From NCBI GenBank assembly GCA_037441385.1, contig JBBISH010000047.1, positions 1 through 41,968 of the forward strand: a DNA stretch of 41,968 bases, read 5' to 3'. This document shows positions 30,098 through 39,770 of this stretch, piece after piece (the stretch's first letter is position 1; each line of letters opens with the position of its first letter). The notes under the pieces were generated by a model. That model ran no database searches, had not been told where the DNA came from, and was given only the letters and a program-made list of their open reading frames with translations. This DNA comes from Myxococcales bacterium. Its GTDB lineage: Bacteria > Myxococcota_A > UBA9042. A program made the translations under genes and the position numbers.

Positions 30098-31027
30098 CTA
30101 GAGGGTGGTTCCGACGGGCCCGCGATTGGTGCCCAAATCCAGGGCCTGCCGAATGTGCTCCAGGTGGGCGGCGGTCAGGCGGAAGTGGTTCAGCAGAGTG
30201 TAGTTGCCGCGGATCGGCAGCTCGCGCGGCGCCGGGTCGGCCGGGTCGAGCACCAGGATCTCCGGGTTGCCCGCGTCGTCGGCCACGTCGGACACCACCG
30301 CCGTCAGTTGCCGCTGCGAACCGCGCTTGCGCTGCACCACCACGATGTCGCCGGCTTCAAAGCTGCCCGCGGGCTCCACCGCCACTTTTTCGGCAAAGGT
30401 GTCCAAGAACACCACCAAGTTGGCGGTAGTCCAGGTGCGGCGGCGCTCGTCCAGGGTGGGGGCCGGCTTGCTCGCCAGTCCGTAGGCCTGCGGGTTGCGG
30501 GTGCGGTGGCGGACCAGGGCCGACTTGAGCGACAGGTCGCTGGCCAGCGCCCGCTCGAGCAGATCCAGATGGCTGCCCGAATTGGCGCGCGGATCGTCGA
30601 CTGAATAGGTGGTGGGAGTGACTTTGCGTCCCAGATGGTCGCGGGCCGTGGCCAACAGCTGCTGCGCCACCGTCTCGACCTTGGCTTCACTGTGCGGCTT
30701 GCTCCGAACGGTCGGTTCGCCAGTGGTCGGCACCGGGGCCGGGCTGGGCACCGCCGGAGCAGTGGCGACCGCCGCCGCGACCGCATTGGCCGGGACCGCG
30801 CCCTCTTTGGCGTCGTCGGCGTGACCGGCGCTGATGTGCGTCGCTGCCCCCAGGTCGCGGCCGATGACCCGCACGCCCATGTACGCCACCGCCGCCGCCA
30901 GCAGTGCCAGTAGCACCGTCGAGTGGTTCCAGCTCAGCCTGCGCCGCCGTTGGCCACCCAACACGGGTCGCGATCGATCTTGGTGGAGCCGCAAAATCAC
31001 CGGGGTGCGCCTTGGCAGCGCCCGCAT
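30098..31027 (-). CDS. Membrane-anchored DUF1287-like protein, divergent
   Basis: N-terminal TM. The C-terminal order DLLERAL...NPQAYGL...LDERRR..NLVVFL...FEAGDIVV...AVVSD...GNPEI...YTLLNHFR follows the DUF1287 pattern as I recall it. Start uncertain. Confidence 0.65.
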   Translation of the reverse strand: MRALPRRTPVILRLHQDRSRPVLGGQRRRRLSWNHSTVLLALLAAAVAYMGVRVIGRDLGAATHISAGHADDAKEGAVPANAVAAAVATAPAVPSPAPVPTTGEPTVRSKPHSEAKVETVAQQLLATARDHLGRKVTPTTYSVDDPRANSGSHLDLLERALASDLSLKSALVRHRTRNPQAYGLASKPAPTLDERRRTWTTANLVVFLDTFAEKVAVEPAGSFEAGDIVVVQRKRGSQRQLTAVVSDVADDAGNPEILVLDPADPAPRELPIRGNYTLLNHFRLTAAHLEHIRQALDLGTNRGPVGTTL

Positions 31028-31152
31028 TGCGCCCAAAGGCGCGCTCCAACTCAGAGCAAGGGGCGTGCTGCGCTGGCGAGGTACGGCGCGGGGCCCAGCC
31101 CGTCAAGGCGCGGATCGTAACTGGCGGGGATAACGCAGCTTTGAAAAAGCCC

Positions 31153-32571
31153 TTACGGATCGCCGATCTCGGTGGGCGGCGAAGCGATCGAATTGACGCT
31201 GAAAGCGGGGTTATCCACAGCGTTGTCCACAGGCTCAATGGCCAAAGGGCACGCCGTACGCCACCCGGTCAGCTCTTGGCGGGCTCGCTGGCTGTGGGCG
31301 GATTTCCGGTCCGATTTCCCAAGTTTGCGTGCCCCTGGCTCGGGCTCCAGCGGGCTGAACAGACCAAAATGGACGTTCGACGGCTGGAAGGACGGCGCAT
31401 CGGCATCGAGCACGTGGTGCAGCAGCGCCCCCAGCGCGGTGGTGGGCGGCGGCAGCGGCAGCTCGCGACCCCCTTGCGCCGCCGCCAGCGCCAGCCCGAC
31501 CCATAGGCCACTGGCCGTCGACTCCACGTAGCCCTCTACCCCCGTGATCTGCCCGGCAAAATGCAGCCGCGGCTCACTTCGCAGCGCCATGTTGGCCTGG
31601 AGTAGACGGGGGCTGTCCAAGAACGTGTTGCGGTGCACCGAGCCATAACGCAAGAACTCGGCCTGCTCCAGCCCTGGGATCATGCCCAGCACGCGCCGCT
31701 GATCGGCCTGGCGCATCTTGGTCTGGAAACCGACCAGGTTCCAGGCGGTTTTGTGGCGGTTCTCGGCCCGCAGCTGCACCACCGCGTAGGGCCACCGGCC
31801 CGTGCGCGGGTCGTCCAGGCCCGTCGGCTTCATCGGCCCAAAGCGTAGCGACTTCGGACCCGAGGCTGCGATCACCTCGACCGGCTGACAGCCTTGGAAG
31901 TAGTGAACATCCTTTTCAAAATCCTGGAGCGGCAGCGGCTCGGCCGCCAGCAGCGCCTCGACAAACGCAGTGTACTGGGCCTTGTCCAACGGGCAGTTCA
32001 GGTAGTCGTCGCCGTCGCCTTTTCCCCAGCGCGAGGCCGCAAAAACCTTGTCGCGATCGATGCTTTCGTCGGCCACGATCGGCGCAATGGCGTCGTAGAA
32101 GGCCAGCCGCTCGCGGCCGGTGCGCGCCGCCAACTCCCCCGCGAGGGCGTCGCTGGTCAACGGCCCGGTCGCCACCACCACGGTGCCCTCGGCCGGGATT
32201 TGCGCGACCTCTTGGCCGATCACTTGGATGTTCGGATGGTTGCGCAGCCTGGCCTCGACCGCTTGGCCGAACAGGTCGCGGTCCACCGCCAGCGCGTCGC
32301 CGGCCGGCACCCGGTGCTCCTCCGCCACGCGAAAGATCAGTGAACCCAGACGGCGCAGTTCCTCGTGCAGTAACCCAACGGCATTGTTGGGGTTATCGCT
32401 GCGAAACGAGTTCGAGCAGACCAGCTCGGCAAAGTAGTCGGCGGTCTGGGCGGGCGTGCGCCGCGTGGGCTTCATCTCGTACAGGCGCACCGGGATGCCG
32501 CGCTCGGCCAACTGCCAGGCGCATTCGCTGCCGGCCAGTCCGGCGCCGATGACGTGGATGGGTGAATTCAA
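31153..32571 (-). CDS. trmFO: Folate/FAD-dependent tRNA (uracil-54) methyltransferase
   Basis: VIGAGLAGSECAWQLA, AELVCSNSFRS, FYDAIAPIV, FGPMKPTGL, NLVGFQT, AGQITGVEGYVES. Confidence 0.97.
   Translation of the reverse strand: MNSPIHVIGAGLAGSECAWQLAERGIPVRLYEMKPTRRTPAQTADYFAELVCSNSFRSDNPNNAVGLLHEELRRLGSLIFRVAEEHRVPAGDALAVDRDLFGQAVEARLRNHPNIQVIGQEVAQIPAEGTVVVATGPLTSDALAGELAARTGRERLAFYDAIAPIVADESIDRDKVFAASRWGKGDGDDYLNCPLDKAQYTAFVEALLAAEPLPLQDFEKDVHYFQGCQPVEVIAASGPKSLRFGPMKPTGLDDPRTGRWPYAVVQLRAENRHKTAWNLVGFQTKMRQADQRRVLGMIPGLEQAEFLRYGSVHRNTFLDSPRLLQANMALRSEPRLHFAGQITGVEGYVESTASGLWVGLALAAAQGGRELPLPPPTTALGALLHHVLDADAPSFQPSNVHFGLFSPLEPEPGARKLGKSDRKSAHSQRARQELTGWRTACPLAIEPVDNAVDNPAFSVNSIASPPTEIGDP
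31211..31231 (+). promoter_or_regulatory. Two tandem DnaA boxes
   Basis: TTATCCACA (31211-31219, perfect consensus) and TTGTCCACA (31223-31231, one mismatch), in the same orientation. Confidence 0.6.
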
Positions 32572-32574
32572 GAG

Positions 32575-33390
32575 TTATTTTCCAAGGATGGCCGCGTCGA
32601 ACTGCGCGACGATCGGACAGTGGTCCGAGCCCATGACGTGGGCATCGATCCGGGCTTCGCGCAAGTGCGGCGCCGCGGCGGGCGAACACAGCGCCAGATC
32701 GATGCGCCAACCGATGTTCTTCTGCCGCACGCCAAACCGCTGCGACCACCAGCTGTAGGCGCCGGTGGCCGTTGGGTGCACGTGCCGGAACGTGTCGGTC
32801 CAGCCGGCTGCCAACCAGCGCTCGACCTCCGCACACTCGATGGGCAAAAAACCCGACGTTTCGCGGTTGTCCTTGGGCCTTGCCAAGTCCACGGCCTGCG
32901 GCGCGGTGTTCCAGTCGCCCAAGACGACCACGGCGTAGCCCGCGGCGACTTCCTGGGCGGTCAGATCAAATAGCCGTTGATAGAATGCCAGCTTGTAGGG
33001 TACGCGGTCGTTGCTGCGCTTGCCGTTCGGCAGGGTCGCGCCGTTGCCGTTGGGGAAATAGCCCGACACGACCCACAATGCGCCAAAGCGCGCCCACAAT
33101 ACCCGACCTTCGCAATCGAATTCCGGGCTGTCCAGGCCAATGCGCAGCTCGTCCCAGCGCTGGCGGGCGTAGATGGCGACGCCGCTGTAGCCGGCCTTCT
33201 CGGCGGCGACAAAGGCGGTGTGCCAGCCGGCGGGATCGCGCACCTCGGCGGGCAATTGCTCTGGCTTGGCGCGGACTTCTTGCAGGCACACCACGTCGGC
33301 GTCGCATGCGCTCAGCCAAGCGCCAAAGCCCTTGTCGCTGCACGCTCGCAAGCCGTTTACGTTCCAGGATGTCAAGGTCAAGTTGGCCAT
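32575..33390 (-). CDS. xth: Exodeoxyribonuclease III
   Basis: SWNVNGLRA, VCLQEVRA, GYSGVA, GDWNTA, GWRIDL, GSDHCP. Confidence 0.96.
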   Translation of the reverse strand: MANLTLTSWNVNGLRACSDKGFGAWLSACDADVVCLQEVRAKPEQLPAEVRDPAGWHTAFVAAEKAGYSGVAIYARQRWDELRIGLDSPEFDCEGRVLWARFGALWVVSGYFPNGNGATLPNGKRSNDRVPYKLAFYQRLFDLTAQEVAAGYAVVVLGDWNTAPQAVDLARPKDNRETSGFLPIECAEVERWLAAGWTDTFRHVHPTATGAYSWWSQRFGVRQKNIGWRIDLALCSPAAAPHLREARIDAHVMGSDHCPIVAQFDAAILGK

Positions 33391-33523
33391 GGGCGCGCAA
33401 GCTAGCCGCACGCCCTTTGGATTTCAACCCGCCTGGGGGCAACTGCTTGCCGCGTCTGGTCCATGCTGCCATGATCCGCCGGTCGGCGGCTGCACGGGCT
33501 CCCGGCGTTGCACGCGAGGCCGA

Positions 33524-36244
33524 ATGCTGCGCTACCTGGTTCCGCTGCTGCTGCTCCTGACGGGAACCACGGGTCTTGTCTACGAAGTGGTGATGGGGCG
33601 CCTGCTGTCGCTGCATCTCGGTTCGTCTGGCGCGTCGCAGGCCGTGACCTTGGCGACCTTCTTGGGCGGCATGGCCGTGGGCGCAGCCTTGGCCGACGGG
33701 CCTGGGCGGCGCCTGGTGCAGCGTCTGGGCCGGCCGCTGGATGCATACGCCGCACTGGAGGCCTTCATCGGCGCTTGGGCACTGGCTTTTCCGCTGGTTT
33801 CAGCCCAAGGTTTCAAGCTGTTCGTGGCTGTGGCCGGCGGCCTTGACCCCGCAGGTGCGGCGACGACCGTGGTCAAGCTGCTGCTGGCGGCGGCGCTCAT
33901 CCTGCCGCTGACCACCGCGATGGGGGCGACGCTGCCGGTGCTGGCCGCGGGCGTGCAGCGGGCCGACGCGGCCCACGGCGCGCAGCTGGTATCGCGCTAC
34001 TACGTGGTCAACGCCAGCGGGGCGACCCTGGGCGCCGCGTTGGCCGGCTTCGTCCTGCTCGAAGCGCTGGGCCTGTACCAGCCCCTGTACTTGGGCGGCG
34101 CCGTCAACTTGTCGGTCGCTGCAGTCGCCCTGCTGGCGGCGCGGCGGTGGCCGGTGACCGCGGCGGAGCACACCGCCACGGACGAGGCGGTGGCGGGCGA
34201 CGGCGCTCCCCCTTGGGACCTGATCGTCGCCGCCTTTGCGACCGGCTTTGTCGCGCTGTGTGCCGAGGTGCTGTGGACCCGCCTGGTTGGGCTGGTGCTC
34301 GGCTCGTCGGTGTATGCGTTTGCGTTCATGCTTGTCGTGTCGATTTTGGGCATCTCGCTGGGCAGCGGCGTGGCGGCCACCCTGATTGGCAGAGGGGCCA
34401 ACCCGGCGCGCACGCTGTCTTTTTCTCAGGCCGGCGCGGCTGCCGCCACCACGCTGTTGCTGGTGCGCCTGGATGCGCTCCCGGTCGAGTTGGCCGAGCT
34501 GCGCCTGTCTTTGCCGCCGCGCGCCGACCTCTACGCCACGTTCCTCTGGGAGTCCTGCGGTTGGGTGGCGCTGCACTTGCTGCCGGCGGCGGCCTGCCTG
34601 GGTGCCTCGTTTCCCGCACTTCTGGCGGCGGCGCGCGCGCGCGGGGCCCGCACCGATCGCGCCACGGCGCGGATTTTGGCCGCCAACACCCTGGGCAACT
34701 TGCTGGGATCCTTGGGCTGCGGCTTTGTGCTGATGCCCGCCTTGGGTATCGAGGGTGCGCTCATGCTGGGCGCCGTGTTGTCGCTGGGCGTGGCGATGCT
34801 GACCCTGCCCAAACCACGCGCGATCCTGGATTTGGCCGTGCCAGGGGCGACCGCGCTCGTGGCCGGGCTGCTGCTGGTGGTGGCCGCGCCCGATGGGTTT
34901 GCCCTGACGGCCGGCCTCTTTCGCCTGCGCGACAAGCGCCCCGAACAGATCCGGCCGCATCTGGCCACCTTGCGCAAGCACGTGCAGGTGCTGTTTCGCC
35001 ACGATGGCAAAGACGCCACCATCACCGTCAACCGCGGTGCCGACGGCTACATGAGCCTGCGCACCAACGGCAAGAGCGACGGCGGCACGTCGGTGGACAT
35101 GCTGACGCAGATCTATTCGGGCTTGCTTGGGGTGGTGCACCGGCCCAAGGCGACGCAGGCCTTTGTGGTGGGCCTGGGCACTGGCCAAACGGCGGCCGCG
35201 CTGGCGGCCTTGCCGCAGATGCAGGTGGTCTGCGCCGAGCTGTCGCCCGCGGTCGTCGATGCGGCGGTCCTGTTTGCCGACGTCAACATGCAGGTGCTGC
35301 AGAACCCGCGTGTGCGCATCCAAGTCGCCGATGCGCGCGAGATCCTGCGCACACTGCCCGACCACAGCTTGGACATCCTCGCCAGCGAGCCGTCGAACCC
35401 GTGGCTGGCCGGCGTGGCCGACTTGTTCACCCAAGAGGCGTTTGCCCGGATTCGGCAGAAGTTGCGCCCCGGCGGCGTGCTGGTGCAATGGCTGCAGTCC
35501 TACGAGACCAGCGACGAGGTGGTGCAGCGCATCGTTTGCACGCTGCACAGCGTGTTTCCCCACGTGGCCATCTACCGCCTGACTTCGGGCGATCTGGGGC
35601 TCGTGGCCTCGGACCAGCCGCTCACCTTGGACCTGGAGCAGGTGCAGGCGCTGCTCGCTCACCCCGCCGTGGTGCAGTTGTTCGATCGCTTGGGGCGGCC
35701 CGACCTGCCCAGGACCGTGGACCAAGTGCTGCTGGGGCAGCTGTGCGGGGCGCGCACGATTGAGCAACTCTGCACGGGCTTTGCCGATCCGCTGCGCGAA
35801 GAGCACCCGCAGATCGAATACCGCGCCCCCCGCGATTTTTTTGCCGCCGCCTCGGCCAAGGGCATCGTGCGGCGCTTGGACACGCGCAGTAGTGGCAATC
35901 CAGCCCTGCTCGGCGACAGCGAGTTGGTCCGCTGGCTGGCGCAGCACCCCCTGGACGAGCCGCGCCGAGGGGCCCTTTTCAAACACATCAAGGCGGTCAA
36001 CCATCCGCTCGACACGGCGCTGGGTGGGGCGCTGGTCGAACCAGCCAAGTTGCCCAAGGCCCTGCGCGCCGACTTGGAGGGGCTGCAGCCCTTTGCCGAC
36101 GCGCCGCCCGCCCAGCGCGCCACCACCTGTGCCAAGCTGAAGAACACCGCCGAGTGGCTGATGAATCAGCCCTACACCATCCTGGGACCGGCTAGTCGCG
36201 ACCCGATCGCCCAAAGCTGGGCCCAGGGCTGTCGCCGGCCCTGA
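33524..36244 (+). CDS. Fused MFS-like membrane domain / spermidine-synthase-like protein
   Basis: Many TM helices (GLVYEVVMGRLL, MGATLPVL, NTLGNLLGS), then VVGLGTGQT, AELSPAVV, DILASEPSNPWLAGVADLFT, and LRPGGVLVQW. Confidence 0.92.
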   Translation: MLRYLVPLLLLLTGTTGLVYEVVMGRLLSLHLGSSGASQAVTLATFLGGMAVGAALADGPGRRLVQRLGRPLDAYAALEAFIGAWALAFPLVSAQGFKLFVAVAGGLDPAGAATTVVKLLLAAALILPLTTAMGATLPVLAAGVQRADAAHGAQLVSRYYVVNASGATLGAALAGFVLLEALGLYQPLYLGGAVNLSVAAVALLAARRWPVTAAEHTATDEAVAGDGAPPWDLIVAAFATGFVALCAEVLWTRLVGLVLGSSVYAFAFMLVVSILGISLGSGVAATLIGRGANPARTLSFSQAGAAAATTLLLVRLDALPVELAELRLSLPPRADLYATFLWESCGWVALHLLPAAACLGASFPALLAAARARGARTDRATARILAANTLGNLLGSLGCGFVLMPALGIEGALMLGAVLSLGVAMLTLPKPRAILDLAVPGATALVAGLLLVVAAPDGFALTAGLFRLRDKRPEQIRPHLATLRKHVQVLFRHDGKDATITVNRGADGYMSLRTNGKSDGGTSVDMLTQIYSGLLGVVHRPKATQAFVVGLGTGQTAAALAALPQMQVVCAELSPAVVDAAVLFADVNMQVLQNPRVRIQVADAREILRTLPDHSLDILASEPSNPWLAGVADLFTQEAFARIRQKLRPGGVLVQWLQSYETSDEVVQRIVCTLHSVFPHVAIYRLTSGDLGLVASDQPLTLDLEQVQALLAHPAVVQLFDRLGRPDLPRTVDQVLLGQLCGARTIEQLCTGFADPLREEHPQIEYRAPRDFFAAASAKGIVRRLDTRSSGNPALLGDSELVRWLAQHPLDEPRRGALFKHIKAVNHPLDTALGGALVEPAKLPKALRADLEGLQPFADAPPAQRATTCAKLKNTAEWLMNQPYTILGPASRDPIAQSWAQGCRRP

Positions 36245-36268
36245 ACGACCGATCGCAGTGGATTGCCC

Positions 36269-37945
36269 ATGAGAACCATTGACGTGCGCCTGCCGGCTGA
36301 GCCGGGCGGCCCCACCCCAGAGACCCATCCCGAGTTGCTGGCCCGCACCGCCGAGGCCCTGGGCCTCACGCCCGCCGACCTGGGCAGCGTGGCCGTGCGC
36401 CGCCGTTCGCTGGACGTGCGCCGCCGTCGCGAACCGACTTGGGTGCTGCGGGTCGACGCGTTCCTGACCAGCGAAACCCCGCCCGACGATCCGCTGCCGC
36501 CGCTGGTGCGTCCGCGACATTTGGCCAAGTCAAATCGGGACTTGCGGCCTATCATCGTCGGTGCCGGGCCGGCCGGACTGTTTGCGCTATTGGCCTTTGC
36601 CGATGCCGGGATCGCCTGCACGCTGATCGACCGCGGTGGCCCGGTCGAGACCCGCAACCTGGCGGTGCGCGATCTGCGTGTGCATGGGCAACTCAACCCC
36701 GAGTCCAACCTGTGCTTTGGCGAGGGCGGCGCCGGCACCTACTCGGACGGCAAGCTGTACACGCGCAGCAAGCACCCGCGCGTCCGCGAGGTCTACGAAC
36801 GCCTGGTGGCGCTGGGCGCCGGTCGCGACATCTTGGTGCACGCGCACCCGCACATCGGCACCAACCGCTTGATCAAGATGCTCAAGGTGTTGCGCGAGGC
36901 GATGCTGGAGGCCGGCCACACCCTCCACTTTGGTCGGCGCGTCGACGATTTGCTGATCGACACCAACACCGCGCCCCCCAGCGTGCAAGGCGTCATCCTG
37001 GACGATGGCAGCGAAATTCGCGGTGGCCCCGTGATCCTGGCGACGGGCCACTCCGCGCGCGACACCTACAAGATGTTGGCCGGCCACGGCGTGGCGATGG
37101 AGCGCAAGGACTTTGCCGTCGGCGCCCGCGTCGAGCATCCGCAGCACCTGGTCGACACCGTGCAACTGGGCCAACTGGCAGGCGATGCCGTCGTGGGGCC
37201 GGCCGAGTATTTCGTGGCGCAGACCGTGCCCGGCGGGCGCGGCGTGTACTCGTTCTGCATGTGTCCGGGCGGCTTCATCCTGCCTTCGCCGACCACGGCC
37301 GGCTGTTTGAACGTCAACGGCATGTCCAACTCGAACCGCGGCAGCGGCTACGCGAACGCCGCCCTGGTCGCTCAGCTGAAGGCCAGCGAGTTCTACTTCG
37401 CCAAGCCCGGCGATCTGGACGGCGATCCCGAGTTCGGCGCCCACGTCGCGGGCGGGGCGCTCTTGGGCGTGGCCCTGCAAAACCGCTTGGAGAAAGCTTG
37501 TTTCGTCGCCGGCGGCCAGAACTACTCGGCGCCGGCCCAGTATCTGACCGACTTTGCCCAAGGCCGCGCTTCCAGCGAGCTTCCCGCCCACTACACCTAC
37601 CGGCCGGGGCTGGTGCCGGGGCGCATTGACCAGTTGCTGCCGCCGCGCCTGGCCCGCGATCTGCAGCTGGGCGCCCGCCAGATCGATCGCCTGCAGTTCC
37701 GCGGCTACCTGTCGCGCGAGGCCGTGGTCGTGGGCGTCGAGACGACGACGTCGAGCCCGGTGCGGCTGATCCGCGGCGCCGATCGCCAGTCTGTGTCGCA
37801 TGTTGGCCTGTATCCGTGTGCCGAGGGGGCCGGCTACGCCGGGGGCATCGTCAGCTCGGCGATCGACGGCTTGGAAGCGGCCGAAGCGATCCTGGCGGCG
37901 GCAGGCCTGGTTACGCGCGCCGCTGACGCTCGGTCCCCGGAGTAA
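36269..37945 (+). CDS. FAD-dependent oxidoreductase
   Basis: IVGAGPAGLFA, FGEGGAGTYSDGKL, YSFCMCPGG, GLYPCAEGAGYAGGIVSSAIDG. Confidence 0.92.
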   Translation: MRTIDVRLPAEPGGPTPETHPELLARTAEALGLTPADLGSVAVRRRSLDVRRRREPTWVLRVDAFLTSETPPDDPLPPLVRPRHLAKSNRDLRPIIVGAGPAGLFALLAFADAGIACTLIDRGGPVETRNLAVRDLRVHGQLNPESNLCFGEGGAGTYSDGKLYTRSKHPRVREVYERLVALGAGRDILVHAHPHIGTNRLIKMLKVLREAMLEAGHTLHFGRRVDDLLIDTNTAPPSVQGVILDDGSEIRGGPVILATGHSARDTYKMLAGHGVAMERKDFAVGARVEHPQHLVDTVQLGQLAGDAVVGPAEYFVAQTVPGGRGVYSFCMCPGGFILPSPTTAGCLNVNGMSNSNRGSGYANAALVAQLKASEFYFAKPGDLDGDPEFGAHVAGGALLGVALQNRLEKACFVAGGQNYSAPAQYLTDFAQGRASSELPAHYTYRPGLVPGRIDQLLPPRLARDLQLGARQIDRLQFRGYLSREAVVVGVETTTSSPVRLIRGADRQSVSHVGLYPCAEGAGYAGGIVSSAIDGLEAAEAILAAAGLVTRAADARSPE

Positions 37946-39305
37946 TCGCCAGCATTTCCGGAGCCTTGTCGCGCACGGCCTGCAGGTAATAGTCGGGCTC
38001 GCGCAGGGCCTCGAGCCGCCCGGCGTCGCACTCGGCCTCCAGCCACTGCTGGATCCGCCCCAGCCACGGCCCGGCCTGCAGCTGCGTCTGCTCCAGCACG
38101 TAGGTGCCCAGCCCCTTGGGCAACGGCGGCACGCGCTGGGTCTCGGCGATGATCTCTGGGATACGTCCAGCCAATTCCGCCGTCAGCCCCTTTACTTCTG
38201 CGATACGCCCGGCGCGCTTGGTGGTCCAGTCCGAGCGCGAGAAGGCCAGCACATCGTCCAAGTGGTCGCCCAGCTCGCGCACCAAGCGCCGCACCGCGCT
38301 GTCGGTCCAGTCGTTCAAGTAGGCATTGGCGCGGGCGTGGTGGGCGATCACGTAGGTGACGCGATCACGGAGCTCGGTCGGCAACTGCAGCCGCGCCGCC
38401 ACCCCTTCCATCAGCAGCGCGCCCACGGCTTCGTGGCCAAAGAAGTGGACCTTGCCGCCTCGCACTGTCCGCGTCAGCACCTTGCCGGTGTCGTGCATCA
38501 GCGCCGACCAGCGTACCACCAGGCGCGGCGGACACTTCTCCACCACCTCCAGCGTGTGGCTCCAAATGTCCTTGTGGTGCAGCGGGCAGCTCTTGTGGAA
38601 GCCGGACATCGCCAGCGCCTCGGGCACCATCACCGTCATCGCGCCCAGATCCGCCAGTAGCTGCAGGCCCTTGGCCGCGTGCGGCCCCAACAGCACCGTA
38701 TGCAGCGCCCGCCGCCAGGTAGGGCGATCGACCAAGAGCCAGCTCGCCGGATCGCGCCGCAGCGTCCGCACCACCTCGTGCGAGGGCTGCAGCCCCGTCC
38801 ACGCCGCCACCGCCGGCCAGCGCAATGCCTCGCCAAGGCTCAGCCCCGCCTCGCCTTTGCGCGGCCAGCCGGTCTGCCAGCGCAGGCGCCCTTGCTCCAC
38901 ATCGGCCAGCGACTCACCCAGCCAAGTCCCGTCGCCCAGTTGCGCGACCGCCAAGGCGCGGATCGGCTCGTCGGTCAGCCACTGCGCGACCACGTCGGAC
39001 CAGGTGCCGCTGTCCGACCCCACTTCGATCTGCAGGGGCAGTCCCGCCGGTGGCGGCGGCGCGTCCGGCCGAGTGAGCACGCGCCAGAGGCAGAACTCCT
39101 CAAGAAGTTCATGGTGATCGGGTAGTGCCGCGGGGTTGAGCACCCAGTCCGCAGCCAGGCCCTGAACGGCCGGCCAGCCGCGCAGGGCACAGTCGCCGGC
39201 CGCCGTCATCCACGTGCGCAGCGCGGTCATTTGTTCTGGTGTTCCAGCAGGGTAGACCCACTCGTTGCCCAGCGCCTCGCGCTCTTGACTGCCCACCACG
39301 CGCAC
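37911..39305 (-). CDS. HD-domain protein resembling the C-terminal half of CCA-adding/poly(A) polymerase enzymes
   Basis: HHKDIWSHTLEVV, SALMHDTGK, HFFGHEAVGA, WTDSAVRRL, LQAGPWLGRI. Start uncertain (39305 or 39299). Confidence 0.8.
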   Translation of the reverse strand: MRVVGSQEREALGNEWVYPAGTPEQMTALRTWMTAAGDCALRGWPAVQGLAADWVLNPAALPDHHELLEEFCLWRVLTRPDAPPPPAGLPLQIEVGSDSGTWSDVVAQWLTDEPIRALAVAQLGDGTWLGESLADVEQGRLRWQTGWPRKGEAGLSLGEALRWPAVAAWTGLQPSHEVVRTLRRDPASWLLVDRPTWRRALHTVLLGPHAAKGLQLLADLGAMTVMVPEALAMSGFHKSCPLHHKDIWSHTLEVVEKCPPRLVVRWSALMHDTGKVLTRTVRGGKVHFFGHEAVGALLMEGVAARLQLPTELRDRVTYVIAHHARANAYLNDWTDSAVRRLVRELGDHLDDVLAFSRSDWTTKRAGRIAEVKGLTAELAGRIPEIIAETQRVPPLPKGLGTYVLEQTQLQAGPWLGRIQQWLEAECDAGRLEALREPDYYLQAVRDKAPEMLAITPGTERQRRA

Positions 39306-39390
39306 CTCCCGCCAGCTGTGGACTTGGCGGCGGCGGCGGTGTAACCGGCCCGGCGGTCGCGGTCAAGGGGTTGCGAAAAGCACTTGCTGG

Positions 39391-39422
39391 TTGACACCAC
39401 TGCGGGCCGATGGTACTACAAT
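39391..39422 (+). promoter_or_regulatory. sigma70-type promoter candidate for the leader and HxS peptide
   Basis: Perfect TTGACA at 39391. TG-G-TACTAC lies at 17-nt spacing, overlapped by TACAAT (39417-39422) at 20-nt spacing. Confidence 0.55.
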
Positions 39423-39424
39423 TG

Positions 39425-39770
39425 AGGAGTCGCGTTGCCTTCCTCCGTCCCCCCGGGGTAGGCAGTGGGGCGACCGACGAGCAGGTTGCCCGCGAAAGCG
39501 ACAAAACCGGCGGAATCGTCCGCACCAAATGGCTTCAGGGTCGCGCACTTTGGTTCGCGGCCAGCCCGGTCCGGCCGGGAGCTGAATCCAGCAACGTTGA
39601 GTTGAGACGAGTAGAAAATACGAGTTCGGTTGGGAAGTTGTGTATCCCCCAGTGACCGGTCGGCCGCCGCGTCGTTACCCCAGCGACCTTGGCCGAGCAC
39701 CGCAACGACCTGACACCCAGACCCGCAGTTCGGCAACCGTCGGGCCCGGGAAGCGACAACCAAGGACCAG
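39425..39770 (+). ncRNA. Candidate structured leader or ncRNA (family unassigned)
   Basis: No convincing ORF. Successive helices found by eye include GTCGC/GCGAC with GTTGCCT/AGGCAGT, a CGC-GAAA-GCG tetraloop, GCGGA/TCCGC, a three-way junction at 39531-39589, and CCTTGG/CCAAGG. Confidence 0.4.

Noticed and set aside
31100..31260. Replication origin
   Set aside because: Only two good DnaA boxes, no AT-rich unwinding element, and no dnaA, dnaN or gidA nearby.
25784..36520. Long minus-strand ORFs 25784-28531 and 33800-36520
   Set aside because: Antisense shadows of well-supported plus-strand genes, which are common at high GC.
39475..39562. NiCo (czcD) riboswitch call
   Set aside because: GAGCAGG...CCGG followed by stems loosely recalls the NiCo four-way junction from memory, which is attractive upstream of a His-rich peptide. 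However, the 3' UGGGACAG-like junction and a solid P1 are missing. A cmscan hit would be needed.
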